From an uncultured Candidatus Saccharibacteria bacterium (GTDB lineage Bacteria; Patescibacteriota; Dojkabacteria; SC72), in assembly GCA_964480345.1 (NCBI GenBank), contig CAYZNW010000002.1, forward strand, positions 64,524-128,523: a stretch of DNA of 64,000 nt, read 5' to 3'. The notes under the pieces are model-generated. The model was given only the letters and a program-made list of their open reading frames with translations, did no database searches and was not told where the DNA came from. The first letter of the stretch is position 1; each line of letters opens with the position of its first letter. Shown in pieces: positions 45,294-54,747 of the stretch. A program made the translations under genes and the position numbers.

Positions 45294-45818
45294 ATGACAC
45301 TCAAGATTGGTTCTAAAGTATTCTATCCTTCACACGGTGCAGGAAAGATTAAAGATGAAAAAGATATTGAATTTAATGGGCAGAAGAAAAGATATTTCGA
45401 GTTTGAGTTAATTACAAATCCCTTAACTATTTCGACTCCTGTAGAAAATATAGAGTCTCTTGGAATCAGACCTGTCATGTCAGTTAAAGATATAACAGAG
45501 GCTATTAAAGTCCTAAAGAAGACTCCAGCTGTAGACCCAAAGGTTAAGGATTTCAATATTATGCTAAATATTTTTAAAGAGTTAGAGAGTAGCTCAGATA
45601 TAAATGATTCAATCAAGATAATTCAATACTGTAATTTTGTTAAGAAGAATAGAGAGAAAGATGGAAGATTAATTCCTGTAAGTATTGAAAAGCAGTTAGA
45701 GGCTGCTACAAAAAACATTGTAGGTGAGTTAGCTATGTCTAGCGGAGTAACTCTCAAGACTGCTTCAGCTAATTTCACTAAGATTACAGGTATTAAAGCA
45801 GAAATAGATCAGTATTAA
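45294..45818 (+). CDS. CarD/CdnL-family RNA polymerase-binding transcription factor
   Basis: LKIGSKVFYPSHGAGKIKD matches the CarD_CdnL_TRCF N-terminal Tudor-like signature (KxGDxVVYPxHGxGxI); about 170 aa. Confidence 0.7.
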   Translation: MTLKIGSKVFYPSHGAGKIKDEKDIEFNGQKKRYFEFELITNPLTISTPVENIESLGIRPVMSVKDITEAIKVLKKTPAVDPKVKDFNIMLNIFKELESSSDINDSIKIIQYCNFVKKNREKDGRLIPVSIEKQLEAATKNIVGELAMSSGVTLKTASANFTKITGIKAEIDQY

Positions 45819-48736
45819 TTTATTTCTACTCCTACATCTTTACCATTTACAGAGATTTTCAGCTTTAATGGTTCTGTCGAGAAGGAAACTTCTTTTGCAT
45901 GCAATTCTTCAAGATTCTCTTCAGCATACTCTTTCAATGAATCTAGTGTATCTTTATCCTCTACATAAAGTTTCAAAACAACTAGATCAGACATCTTAAG
46001 ACCCTCTTTCTTCCTTAAATCTCTATATCTTCTCATAAACTCATTAATCAAACCCTCTTTTCTCAATTCATCAGTTAAATTACTATCAATTGTAACTAAT
46101 TTAGAGCCCTCTCCTGAAGAGAACATTCCCTCTCCTTTTACCTCTTTTTCAGAGTATTCAATATCTCTTACATTTAGCTCTTCTTTTACAATAGATTTGG
46201 TTAACTCATCATCAGAACCTATGTATGCTTTAGATAAAGGCTGACGCAAGCTCGTTCTTGCGATTTCTCTAGCTTTCAATCCGTTAGAACATATCTCTCT
46301 AATATCTTTCATTCCATTTAATACCTCCATATCTAAATCTTTCTCTTCAAATAGAGGATACTCCTCTAAATGAACTGATTCTTTCTTTTCACTTAAATCT
46401 ATATTTACAACTAGGTTTTGATAAATTTCTTCAGAAACAAACGGCATAAATGGAGCAAGTATTTTTGAAAGTAGAACTAAGCTGTAATGTAAAGTTCCTA
46501 TTGCATCAACATCTCCACTCTTAAATCTATTTCGACTTCTTCTGATATACCACTGTGATAGATCTTTCACATACTCCTCAATATCTCTGGAAGCCATAGC
46601 CATGTTATAGCTATCGAGTGATTTTCTACTCAGCACCACAAGTTCTTTCCCTCGCTCAACTATCCATTTGTCCATAGGGTTTGATAAGCTGTTAACAGAG
46701 TATTTATCTATATCAAAATCATGAAGTTTCGCATAAGTTACCAAGTAGTTGTATGAATTCCACAGAGGTAAATAGAATCTTCTTCTTACATCTTCTAAGA
46801 TAGACCAGCCAAATCGCATATTTGAACCAACCGAAGCTCCAGCATAGTTCCATCTAATAATATCAGCTCCTATTTTGTCTGCTGCATCATCAAATTTAAT
46901 ATAGTTTGGTTTAGTCTTGCTCATCTTTTCATTCTTTTCATCTCTTAACTCAGCTGAGCCCAAAACCTCTTTGTAAGGAGCTTTCTTCTCAAGCACTACT
47001 CCAAAAACAAGCATAGAGTAAAACCATAATCTAACCTGTTCTATCATCTCAGTAATAAAATCAGCAGGGAACCACTTCTCCCAATATTTTCTGTCTTCAA
47101 GATATTTCAATGTAGAGAAAGGAACCACTCCTGCATCCAACCAACAATCTCCAACATCTGGAATCCTTTTAACACTCTCTCCACACTTTGGACATTTAAT
47201 TTCGATTTCATCTATCCAAGGTCTATGTATACTCTCCAATTTATCAACCATCTCAGGCTTAACAGCAAGCTTCTTTAACTCTTCTAAACTTCCTACAACA
47301 TGGAAAGTACCACACTTCTGACACTCATAGAAAGGTAATGCAAGACCGTAAAATCTTTTTCTACTAATCATCCAATTGCCCATACTCTCAAGCCACCCTA
47401 ACATTCTTTTGCCTACAAATTCAGGATTCCACTTAACCTCCATTGATGCTTTCTTCAGATCTTCTTTGATACTCTGTACATCCAAGAACCAGTTATCTTC
47501 AAGTCTAAACAAACACTTTGTCTGACATCTCCAACAGTGAGGATAGCTATGCTCGTACTCCTCTTTTTTGTAAAGAGAACCTTGCTTCTCAAGCATATCT
47601 ATTACCATATCCTTAACATCATGAGCGTACATACCATCTAATTCACCAAAACCCTCAGTGAAATTTCCTGCAGTATCAATCGGAGAAATCATATCAGCAT
47701 TTAACTTTAAGCCTAGCTCAAAGTCTTCCTGACCACAACCAGGAGCAATATGTACAACTTCTGATCCACTTGTAGATTCAACCAATTCCCACTCTACAAT
47801 ACTGTGTTTAATTCCTTTCTGTGCAGGGATATCAAATAGAGATTCATACTCTTTACCTACAAGTTCTTTCTTTACATCTATGACATTATATTTAGAGATA
47901 TTTAATCTCTTTGCCGCATCCAGACCTAAATACACCGTCCTACCATCTATATCTGTTCTCACATATTCCAAAGCAGGATTTACTGCCAACAATACATTCG
48001 ATGTTAATGTCCAAGGTGTAGTTGTCCAAGCCAAAACATACTCATTCTCTTGCCCTTTCAACTTAAAGAAGACATACAAAGCAGTATCAGTTACCATTTG
48101 ATAACCATCAGCTTGCTCATGTTGAGAAAGCCCAGTCTCACATCTAGGACACCATGTAGTTGCTGATTTGTTTTTGTAAAGCAAACCCTTATCTTGACAT
48201 ATCTTCAAAAAATTCCAGATGTAGAGGTTATTCTCTCGAGACATTGTATAGTAGCTGTTATCCCAATCCATAAACATACCTAGCCTCTTAGACTGCTCTG
48301 TTTGAATACCAGCAAACATCTTCACTCGCTCAATACATTTTTTAGTAAAGTTATCCAAGCCGTACTCTAAAATATCTTTCTTACTATTGAAACCAAGCTC
48401 CTTTTCCACACCAACCTCTACCCAAAGACCCTGACAGTCAAAACCGTTCTGAAATCTCTGCTCATAGCCCAACATATTTTTGTACCTTTGCACAATGTCC
48501 TTATATGACCTGCCCCATGCATGATGAATCCCCATAGGATTATTTGCTGTAATTGGTCCATCTATGAAAGAAAACTTCTCCTTTGCACTCTTATTTCTAT
48601 CAAGATATTTCTGCACTATCCCATTTTTATTCCAAAACTCCATAACAGCTTCTTCCATTTTTACGATATCCACATTAGGCTGAACCTGCTTAAGATTTTC
48701 TAGCTTGCTCATATGTTTTTCCATTAATTTAAACAA
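45815..48736 (-). CDS. ileS: Isoleucine--tRNA ligase
   Basis: Class I aaRS: HIGH-region variant PMGIHHAWG, WTTTPWTL (IleRS-specific), KMSKT (KMSKS), Zn-finger cysteines CWRC...C..C and C..C; 973 aa. Track start is a TTG at comp 48736; in-frame ATGs 12 and 24 nt downstream are alternative starts. Confidence 0.85.
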   Translation of the reverse strand: MFKLMEKHMSKLENLKQVQPNVDIVKMEEAVMEFWNKNGIVQKYLDRNKSAKEKFSFIDGPITANNPMGIHHAWGRSYKDIVQRYKNMLGYEQRFQNGFDCQGLWVEVGVEKELGFNSKKDILEYGLDNFTKKCIERVKMFAGIQTEQSKRLGMFMDWDNSYYTMSRENNLYIWNFLKICQDKGLLYKNKSATTWCPRCETGLSQHEQADGYQMVTDTALYVFFKLKGQENEYVLAWTTTPWTLTSNVLLAVNPALEYVRTDIDGRTVYLGLDAAKRLNISKYNVIDVKKELVGKEYESLFDIPAQKGIKHSIVEWELVESTSGSEVVHIAPGCGQEDFELGLKLNADMISPIDTAGNFTEGFGELDGMYAHDVKDMVIDMLEKQGSLYKKEEYEHSYPHCWRCQTKCLFRLEDNWFLDVQSIKEDLKKASMEVKWNPEFVGKRMLGWLESMGNWMISRKRFYGLALPFYECQKCGTFHVVGSLEELKKLAVKPEMVDKLESIHRPWIDEIEIKCPKCGESVKRIPDVGDCWLDAGVVPFSTLKYLEDRKYWEKWFPADFITEMIEQVRLWFYSMLVFGVVLEKKAPYKEVLGSAELRDEKNEKMSKTKPNYIKFDDAADKIGADIIRWNYAGASVGSNMRFGWSILEDVRRRFYLPLWNSYNYLVTYAKLHDFDIDKYSVNSLSNPMDKWIVERGKELVVLSRKSLDSYNMAMASRDIEEYVKDLSQWYIRRSRNRFKSGDVDAIGTLHYSLVLLSKILAPFMPFVSEEIYQNLVVNIDLSEKKESVHLEEYPLFEEKDLDMEVLNGMKDIREICSNGLKAREIARTSLRQPLSKAYIGSDDELTKSIVKEELNVRDIEYSEKEVKGEGMFSSGEGSKLVTIDSNLTDELRKEGLINEFMRRYRDLRKKEGLKMSDLVVLKLYVEDKDTLDSLKEYAEENLEELHAKEVSFSTEPLKLKISVNGKDVGVEIN

Positions 48737-49010
48737 AAAGCCCCTTAATGAATATTACTACATCACGTACTAATACACATCAAGGGGCGAATTATCGCGT
48801 TACCACCCTATTTTCAGAATTTCATTACTGAAATTCCCTTCTCAGCCAAACTTTGCGAGCCGTGCCTGGCATAGTCTATGATCTCGGAGACCTACCGTCG
48901 GATTCTACTTGCCTAGCAGCTTTCTTTCCGATACTCACCAGCGATACTGGGTCACAGTGTTACCACGATTATACCACATAACCCCATCTTACGTCGGACC
49001 TAGGTCCGAT
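48737..49010 (-). promoter_or_regulatory. T-box-like riboswitch leader of ileS with intrinsic terminator, plus promoter (-10 TATAAT at + 48968-48973 read on minus)
   Basis: Minus strand reads ...AAAATAGGGTGGTAACGCGATAATTCGCCCCTTG...CATTAAGGGGCTTTTTG. AGGGTGGTAACGCG matches the T-box consensus AGGGTGGNACCGCG at 13/14. It is followed by a GC stem CGCCCCTT/AAGGGGC and a U-tract immediately 5' of the ileS start. Region GC is well above the local average. Confidence 0.55.
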
Positions 49011-49015
49011 ACAAG

Positions 49016-50797
49016 ATGGAGTGGTATAATCTTCCCATGGTTTGGAATTTCGAAAAACTTTACAAAGGTACATCGGATCCTCAAATAGCAAAAGACATCA
49101 AACTCTCGGAGCGTCAGAATTTTCTCTTTGTTTCAAAGTGGACAAAGGATCACAGGTATTTAAACAATCCCAAGGTTTTGTTGTCAGCGTTGACTGAGTA
49201 CGAGGATTTGCAGCGTAGATATGGTCAGTGTACCAAACCTCATTACTACTTTTTCCTTTTGAATTCGCTGGATCAGACGAATACGGAGGTAAAGGCGAAA
49301 CTAAATCAGATTTCGGAGATTGCTACAAGGCTTGAGAATCAAATTCAATTTTTCGAGTTGAATATTTCTAAGATAAGTGTTGCCCAACAAAGGAAGTTTC
49401 TCACTTCCCCCCTTTTGAAGAATTACAAGCATTACTTGGAGCGGTTATTTGCTGTATCAATGTATCTTCTCTCGGATAAGGAGGAGCAGGTTTTCAATTT
49501 GACTTCAAAGACGTCTTACTCCAATTGGGTGAATATGGTTTCGGAGTTGTTGGACAAGCAGAAATTAACTGTCATAGATGAAAAGAGCAAGAAGAAAGAT
49601 ATTTCATACAATGAGATTGGGAAGTATTTAGACAGTAAGAGTAGTAAGGTTCGAAGATATGCATCAAAGCAGTTTAATTCTGTAAATGAGAGATATTTAG
49701 AGATAGCTGAGTTTGAATTGAATTCTATTCTTGAGAACAAGAAGGTTTCAGATGAGTATAGAGGTGTATTTAGGCCTGATTTAACAAAATATATTGCTGA
49801 TGATATAGAGACAGATATTGTTGATACCCTTTGTTCTGTTGTTACAAAACATTTTGATATTTCTCAGCGATATTATGCTTACAAAGCAAAACAGCTTAAG
49901 CAAAAAAAGATTAAATACTATGAAAGAAATGTACCTGTTGGAGCTATTGAGTTGGAGTATTCATACGATCAAAGTATGAATTTGGTGAAGAGAACTTTTG
50001 AGAATTTAGATAGTAGTTTTTTGAATATTGTTGAAGGTTTTCAGCGAAATGGACAGTATGATGTGTTTCCGAAAGAGGGTAAATGTGGAGGAGCTTTTTG
50101 TGTTACCGTTGGTAATAATTTGCCTACATACATTCTCCTTAATCATACAAATAAACTTAATGATGTTTTAACGATTGCTCATGAGAGTGGTCATGGGATA
50201 CATTCTGAATTTTCTAAATCACAGAGTGAACTTAATTCTGGTTATCCGACTTCTCTAGCAGAGGTAGCTAGTACTTTTTTTGAGGATTTTGTATTAGAAG
50301 AGATTTTAAAAGAAGCTCCTGAGAATCAACAAATGACTATTTTAAATCAGAAGATGAATAATGATATTTCTACAATATTCAGACAGGTTGCTTTTTTGAA
50401 TTTTGAAAAGGAGTTGCATTACGAGTTTAGAAAGAAAGGGTATCTAAGTAAAGAGTATATTTCTGAGCTTTTTGTAAAGCATATGAAGGCATATTTGGGA
50501 GAGGCGGTAGTAGAGGATGATTCTATGCGATACGGTTGGATTTATGTTAGTCACTTTAGAAGTTTCTTCTATGTATATTCTTATGCTAGTGGATTGCTTA
50601 TATCAAAAGCACTGCAAAGTATGGTGAGAGAGGATGGGAAGAATATAGAATTGGTGAAGAGATTTTTAAGTTCTGGAAGTACTAAATCACCTAAGGATAT
50701 TTTCAGTGATATGGGTATTGATATTACAAAGAAAGAGTTTTGGTTAAAGGGTATTAAAGAGATAGAGAGAAACTTGCCGGACCTAGATTCGAACTAG
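49016..50797 (+). CDS. pepF: Oligoendopeptidase F (M3B family)
   Basis: Zinc motif TIAHESGHGIHSE (HExxH) with downstream E; about 590 aa, M3-family layout. Confidence 0.85.
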   Translation: MEWYNLPMVWNFEKLYKGTSDPQIAKDIKLSERQNFLFVSKWTKDHRYLNNPKVLLSALTEYEDLQRRYGQCTKPHYYFFLLNSLDQTNTEVKAKLNQISEIATRLENQIQFFELNISKISVAQQRKFLTSPLLKNYKHYLERLFAVSMYLLSDKEEQVFNLTSKTSYSNWVNMVSELLDKQKLTVIDEKSKKKDISYNEIGKYLDSKSSKVRRYASKQFNSVNERYLEIAEFELNSILENKKVSDEYRGVFRPDLTKYIADDIETDIVDTLCSVVTKHFDISQRYYAYKAKQLKQKKIKYYERNVPVGAIELEYSYDQSMNLVKRTFENLDSSFLNIVEGFQRNGQYDVFPKEGKCGGAFCVTVGNNLPTYILLNHTNKLNDVLTIAHESGHGIHSEFSKSQSELNSGYPTSLAEVASTFFEDFVLEEILKEAPENQQMTILNQKMNNDISTIFRQVAFLNFEKELHYEFRKKGYLSKEYISELFVKHMKAYLGEAVVEDDSMRYGWIYVSHFRSFFYVYSYASGLLISKALQSMVREDGKNIELVKRFLSSGSTKSPKDIFSDMGIDITKKEFWLKGIKEIERNLPDLDSN

Positions 50798-50844
50798 GAT
50801 TAACGGTTCCAGAGACCGTCGTCCTACCATTAGACGATCCGGCA
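50774..50844 (-). tRNA. tRNA-Gln (anticodon CTG)
   Basis: Reverse complement: acceptor TGCCGGA/TCCGGCA, anticodon stem ACGGT/ACCGT with loop CTCTGGA, T-arm CCTAGTTCGAATCTAGG. Overlaps the last 24 nt of pepF on the opposite strand. Confidence 0.75.
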
Positions 50845-50858
50845 ATATTACAGAGATA

Positions 50859-52520
50859 TTATATCATCTTGGATATATACTGTTCCAACCTTTCTTTAAC
50901 TTTCTTCTCGCCTAATACTGTCATTACCTGACACAAATCAGAAGTTTTAGTTCTACCTGTCAGAGCAACTCTCAAAACCATAGCGACATCTCCCACGACT
51001 CCCTTGTATTTTTCACTGTGTAACTCATACTCTTTTCTGTCATCACAATATCCTAACTCTCTAGAAATTTTCTTAATATTTTCAAACCAAGCATCAGAAT
51101 CATCTGTAGAGAAGTAATTAGATAGATACTCTTTAACTATCCTAACCTGTTCATCTTTAGCAATCCTGTCTGATATATCTTCAAACTCCATCAGTTCGTC
51201 AAAAAACATTTTGAATTGACTGTATATATCCTCATATTTAACAATATCTTTCCTAATCTTGTTACCTGTTCTCTCTATGTTAAGGATAGATATACTGTAC
51301 TCTCGATTCTCAGCAAGTAATGTATGCAACTCTTTATGATATTTCTCAGCCCAATTCAAAGCTTTGTTGTACAGATCTTCAGCAGAGAGAGTTGCTATGT
51401 ACTCTTTACAAGTATCATCTAATTTAACAATATCAAACAAAGCTCCAGATTTATTTAATTTTTCTACTGAAAGATGAAATTCTTTCAAATCTTTATCTGG
51501 ATTCTGTTTCCTCCAGTCGTAGAAATTAGAATTTGCTAGATTCAAAAGATACTCTATGAATCCTTCTGTTGGATATCCATGTTTACTGTAATACTCTATG
51601 CTAGCTTCTGGATCCTTCCTTTTACTTAGCTTCCGTTTGCCTCCGTTTTCCATTTTCATCAAAGGAGAGATATGAACATAGGGAATCAGTTTGAATCCTA
51701 GCTTTTCAAACAATTCAACATGTAAAGGAACAGATGAGAACCATTCATCTCCTCTAAATATATAGGTTATACCCATCAATGTATCATCTATAGGGTGAGC
51801 AAAGTGATAGGTAGGAAATCCATCTGATTTAAGAAGTACTGCGTTCATATCGTTTTGATGAAGTGTTACTCTACCCTTTACTAAATCGGTCAATTCAAAT
51901 GTTCTCTCAAAATCACCTGTAGAGTTCAATCTAATTACATACTTTTCTCCTTTATTTAACTTTTCTGATATTTCATTAAATGATGCATCTTTCCATTTAG
52001 CCCAATCACAGTAGCAACCTGTTCTTACTCCTAACTCTGTTTGTTTCTTTCTAATATCTTCTAGTTCCTCTTCTGAAAGAAAACATGGGTATGCATAACC
52101 CTTCTCTACGAGATCTTTGGCAAACACATGATATATATCCAATCTTTTACTCTGCATGTATGGGCCGTAATCACCTCTCTCTTCTTCTTCATTAAGCATA
52201 CCTTCGTCAAATGATATTCCAAATTCATTTAAACCATTAACTATTAATGAAACTCCATTTTCTACCTCTCTGTTTTTGTCTGTATCTTCAATTCGTAGAA
52301 TAGAGATTCCTTTTGTTTGTCTAGCAAGCCATGTAGAAATTAAGCTAGTAAATACTCCCCCTATATGCAAAAACCCCGTAGGACTAGGTGCAAATCTTAA
52401 AACCATAGCTCCTTCATCAACGTTTCTTTGAGGATACTTTTCTAAGATATCATTAACTGTTTTAGTAACATCTGGAAAAAGTAGTTCTGCTAACTTTTTG
52501 TTCTCATCGTTTGTTCTCAT
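50859..52520 (-). CDS. gltX: Glutamate--tRNA ligase (likely non-discriminating)
   Basis: RFAPSPTGFLHIGG (HIGH region) and GGKRKLSKRK (KMSKS) with GluRS-type catalytic core. tRNA-Gln lies immediately downstream and gatB/gatC are in the window. Confidence 0.85.
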   Translation of the reverse strand: MRTNDENKKLAELLFPDVTKTVNDILEKYPQRNVDEGAMVLRFAPSPTGFLHIGGVFTSLISTWLARQTKGISILRIEDTDKNREVENGVSLIVNGLNEFGISFDEGMLNEEEERGDYGPYMQSKRLDIYHVFAKDLVEKGYAYPCFLSEEELEDIRKKQTELGVRTGCYCDWAKWKDASFNEISEKLNKGEKYVIRLNSTGDFERTFELTDLVKGRVTLHQNDMNAVLLKSDGFPTYHFAHPIDDTLMGITYIFRGDEWFSSVPLHVELFEKLGFKLIPYVHISPLMKMENGGKRKLSKRKDPEASIEYYSKHGYPTEGFIEYLLNLANSNFYDWRKQNPDKDLKEFHLSVEKLNKSGALFDIVKLDDTCKEYIATLSAEDLYNKALNWAEKYHKELHTLLAENREYSISILNIERTGNKIRKDIVKYEDIYSQFKMFFDELMEFEDISDRIAKDEQVRIVKEYLSNYFSTDDSDAWFENIKKISRELGYCDDRKEYELHSEKYKGVVGDVAMVLRVALTGRTKTSDLCQVMTVLGEKKVKERLEQYISKMI

Positions 52521-52599
52521 ATATGCATAGCTAGGTAATTTTGTGTTTGAATTATACCATGGTATTTTTCACTTTCATATTGATATGTGAATGAGAAGT

Positions 52600-52646
52600 A
52601 AGGTGAGATATGTAACTCTATTTAGAGAGAATATCTCACCTTTTTT
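52600..52646 (+). terminator. Perfect 12-bp hairpin (AAGGTGAGATAT/ATATCTCACCTT) with T-tract on the + side
   Basis: Lies between the SPFH-like gene stop (52665, minus) and the gltX start (52520, minus). Orientation of the U-tract fits + strand transcription, yet no + strand gene precedes it. Confidence 0.35.
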
Positions 52647-52664
52647 AAAATCAAATAGCTTCTT

Positions 52665-53291
52665 TTAAATCTTCTGAAGACTTACCATTCCATCTTCGGT
52701 CAGCATAGTAATCAAATGAATTGAGTGACTAATTACTTTAAATCCTAAAGTCTCAAAATGATGCTCAACTTTTTTGAATATTTTTTGGTTAAAGGCTTCC
52801 CTATCAGTACGAATTTCTTCTAAAGAAAACTCCTTAGTTATATCTGACACGACGGAATCAATTGCAAGATCTAACAACATCGGCAAGTCTAATTCATCTT
52901 TATTAGAGTAGAGTAAGAATGCTTTATCACAAGCACTTTCCGTGCGCTCTATTTGTGCTTTAACACCACCCCAGATATTAAGTTTTATGAGGTCTGCCGT
53001 TTTTGAAAAACTACCGTAAGGGACAGTAACTACTCCTGCATAGAGAAAGTCTTCCCTCTCCAGCGGATGGATATAGATAGCTATCTCATTAGTCACATAA
53101 CGACGTTTTCGTCCACTAATAACAATAACTTTATCTAGTTCTGGCACAGCGAACTTAATAAAAAAAGAAAGTATTATTATACAGAATAATACAATGAATA
53201 CTACCTGCATAATTAACCAAATTTCCATCAACATTTTCTCCTCCATATTTACTATTTGATTTTTGAATGATCGTATGAACATAATGTCCAA
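52665..53291 (-). CDS. Short SPFH/band-7 (flotillin/slipin-like) membrane protein
   Basis: N-terminal TM helix then VPELDKVIVISGRKRRYV...AGVVTVPYGSF and a C-terminal ...TLGFKVISHSI pattern resembling SPFH cores. The true start is probably an internal Met. Confidence 0.45.
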   Translation of the reverse strand: MDIMFIRSFKNQIVNMEEKMLMEIWLIMQVVFIVLFCIIILSFFIKFAVPELDKVIVISGRKRRYVTNEIAIYIHPLEREDFLYAGVVTVPYGSFSKTADLIKLNIWGGVKAQIERTESACDKAFLLYSNKDELDLPMLLDLAIDSVVSDITKEFSLEEIRTDREAFNQKIFKKVEHHFETLGFKVISHSIHLITMLTEDGMVSLQKI

Positions 53292-53407
53292 TACACCTAT
53301 ATTTTATCACAAATACAACTGTCTTACTATAGGACAAACAAGAGCTTTGCCATTTAGAAAGAGAAGACAAATTTGATAGTTAATTCAACTACTGCTAAAA
53401 TCATATT

Positions 53408-54739
53408 ATGACATTAACAGAGGCAGCGTTCTGGACAAAAAGGTTTGGAGTAATAGCAATAGTAGCGGTAGTTGTATTCTTCATAGTAATATTAATCATC
53501 ACATTACAACCCAAGCAATCCTTACCCCCTGAGTATTTAACAGCTAATTACGCATGCACTGAAACAAGAGAGCAGTTTCTAAGTGAAGCTGAGCTTAAAA
53601 TACCATCTTTACCCCTCGCATCTGGATCAGAAATGGTATTTGAAATAAGTACAGATACAGGAAAGATTGACTCCTTCCAAAGAGTTGTAAATGTATATCG
53701 ATTTAATAATCCAACACAATCTCTTAATTCCATAGGAGATTCTAAAGCTTTAGCAAACAAAATGGGATTTGATCCAGAAAAAATGGTAAGAAATGGAACT
53801 AAAAGCTATATCTGGGAAGATAAAGTATCTGGTAGAACTTTGGAGATACAAGCAAAAAACCTCAACTTTAATATGAAGACTTCAGTAGATGTAATGAAGA
53901 AAATGACAAGCACAGCATCTGTGCCATCTGAACAAGAAGCAAAAACTTTAGCCGCAAGCGCACTGAGAGCAATAGGAAGATATACCGCTGACTATATGGC
54001 AGGTACTCCAGCAACTACATATATTAGAATTGCTCCTGATGGCTCATTTACTAGAGCTGGCTCTGCTTCAGAGGCTCATTTAATAAAGGTAGATTTCACA
54101 AGACAGAAATCACTAGCAACAATTCCTTCAAATCTAGTTGGAGCAGATGATATGGTAGATAACTTAACGAAAAGATTTTCCATAAAAGCAACAAAAAGCT
54201 CGCAGATTGTTAATGAGAAAAAGATTGAGATGTTTACATTTGATACCCCTGTAGCACTACCTAATTCACAGAATTCAAACATCTCTGTATATGTAGGTGT
54301 AGAGAACAAACCAGAAGATGATAGGAATGAGATATCCCTATCTAATATCTACCAAATAGATTACATATATTGGCCAGTAGATATAGAAGCATGTGGTACA
54401 TACGAGTTAGTTTCTCCGCAATACGCTTTAGAAATGATACAGTCAGGGAATGGAAGTTTAGTATATCTATATGAGAAAGATGGAGACTACATCTCCGATT
54501 ATCAACCAAGAAGTGTAAAGAAATTCATAGTTAACAAGGATATCTTCGTCGTATATTATGAAGGGTATGATGAGCTACCGTATATGGAGCCTGTATACTT
54601 AATCTCTGGGGAAGCAATATTCTCAAATGATACAAAAGGAGAGTTTGAATTCTACTATCCAGCTATTAACTACGGAGTTGTCCAAAACAAGATAGTACTA
54701 CCTAAACCTCAGATAAAAGAAAGTTCCAGTATACTTTAA
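53408..54739 (+). CDS. Hypothetical membrane-anchored extracytoplasmic protein
   Basis: One N-terminal TM helix (GVIAIVAVVVFFIVILIITL) then 400 aa of mixed alpha/beta sequence without recognisable motifs. Confidence 0.45.
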   Translation: MTLTEAAFWTKRFGVIAIVAVVVFFIVILIITLQPKQSLPPEYLTANYACTETREQFLSEAELKIPSLPLASGSEMVFEISTDTGKIDSFQRVVNVYRFNNPTQSLNSIGDSKALANKMGFDPEKMVRNGTKSYIWEDKVSGRTLEIQAKNLNFNMKTSVDVMKKMTSTASVPSEQEAKTLAASALRAIGRYTADYMAGTPATTYIRIAPDGSFTRAGSASEAHLIKVDFTRQKSLATIPSNLVGADDMVDNLTKRFSIKATKSSQIVNEKKIEMFTFDTPVALPNSQNSNISVYVGVENKPEDDRNEISLSNIYQIDYIYWPVDIEACGTYELVSPQYALEMIQSGNGSLVYLYEKDGDYISDYQPRSVKKFIVNKDIFVVYYEGYDELPYMEPVYLISGEAIFSNDTKGEFEFYYPAINYGVVQNKIVLPKPQIKESSSIL

Positions 54740-54747
54740 TAAAGTAA

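Noticed and set aside
52600-52646. T-box leader for gltX
   Set aside because: Checked the gltX upstream region for the AGGGTGG T-box sequence as found for ileS; it is absent. Only a plain hairpin and an extended -10 (TGGTATAAT on the minus strand) are present.
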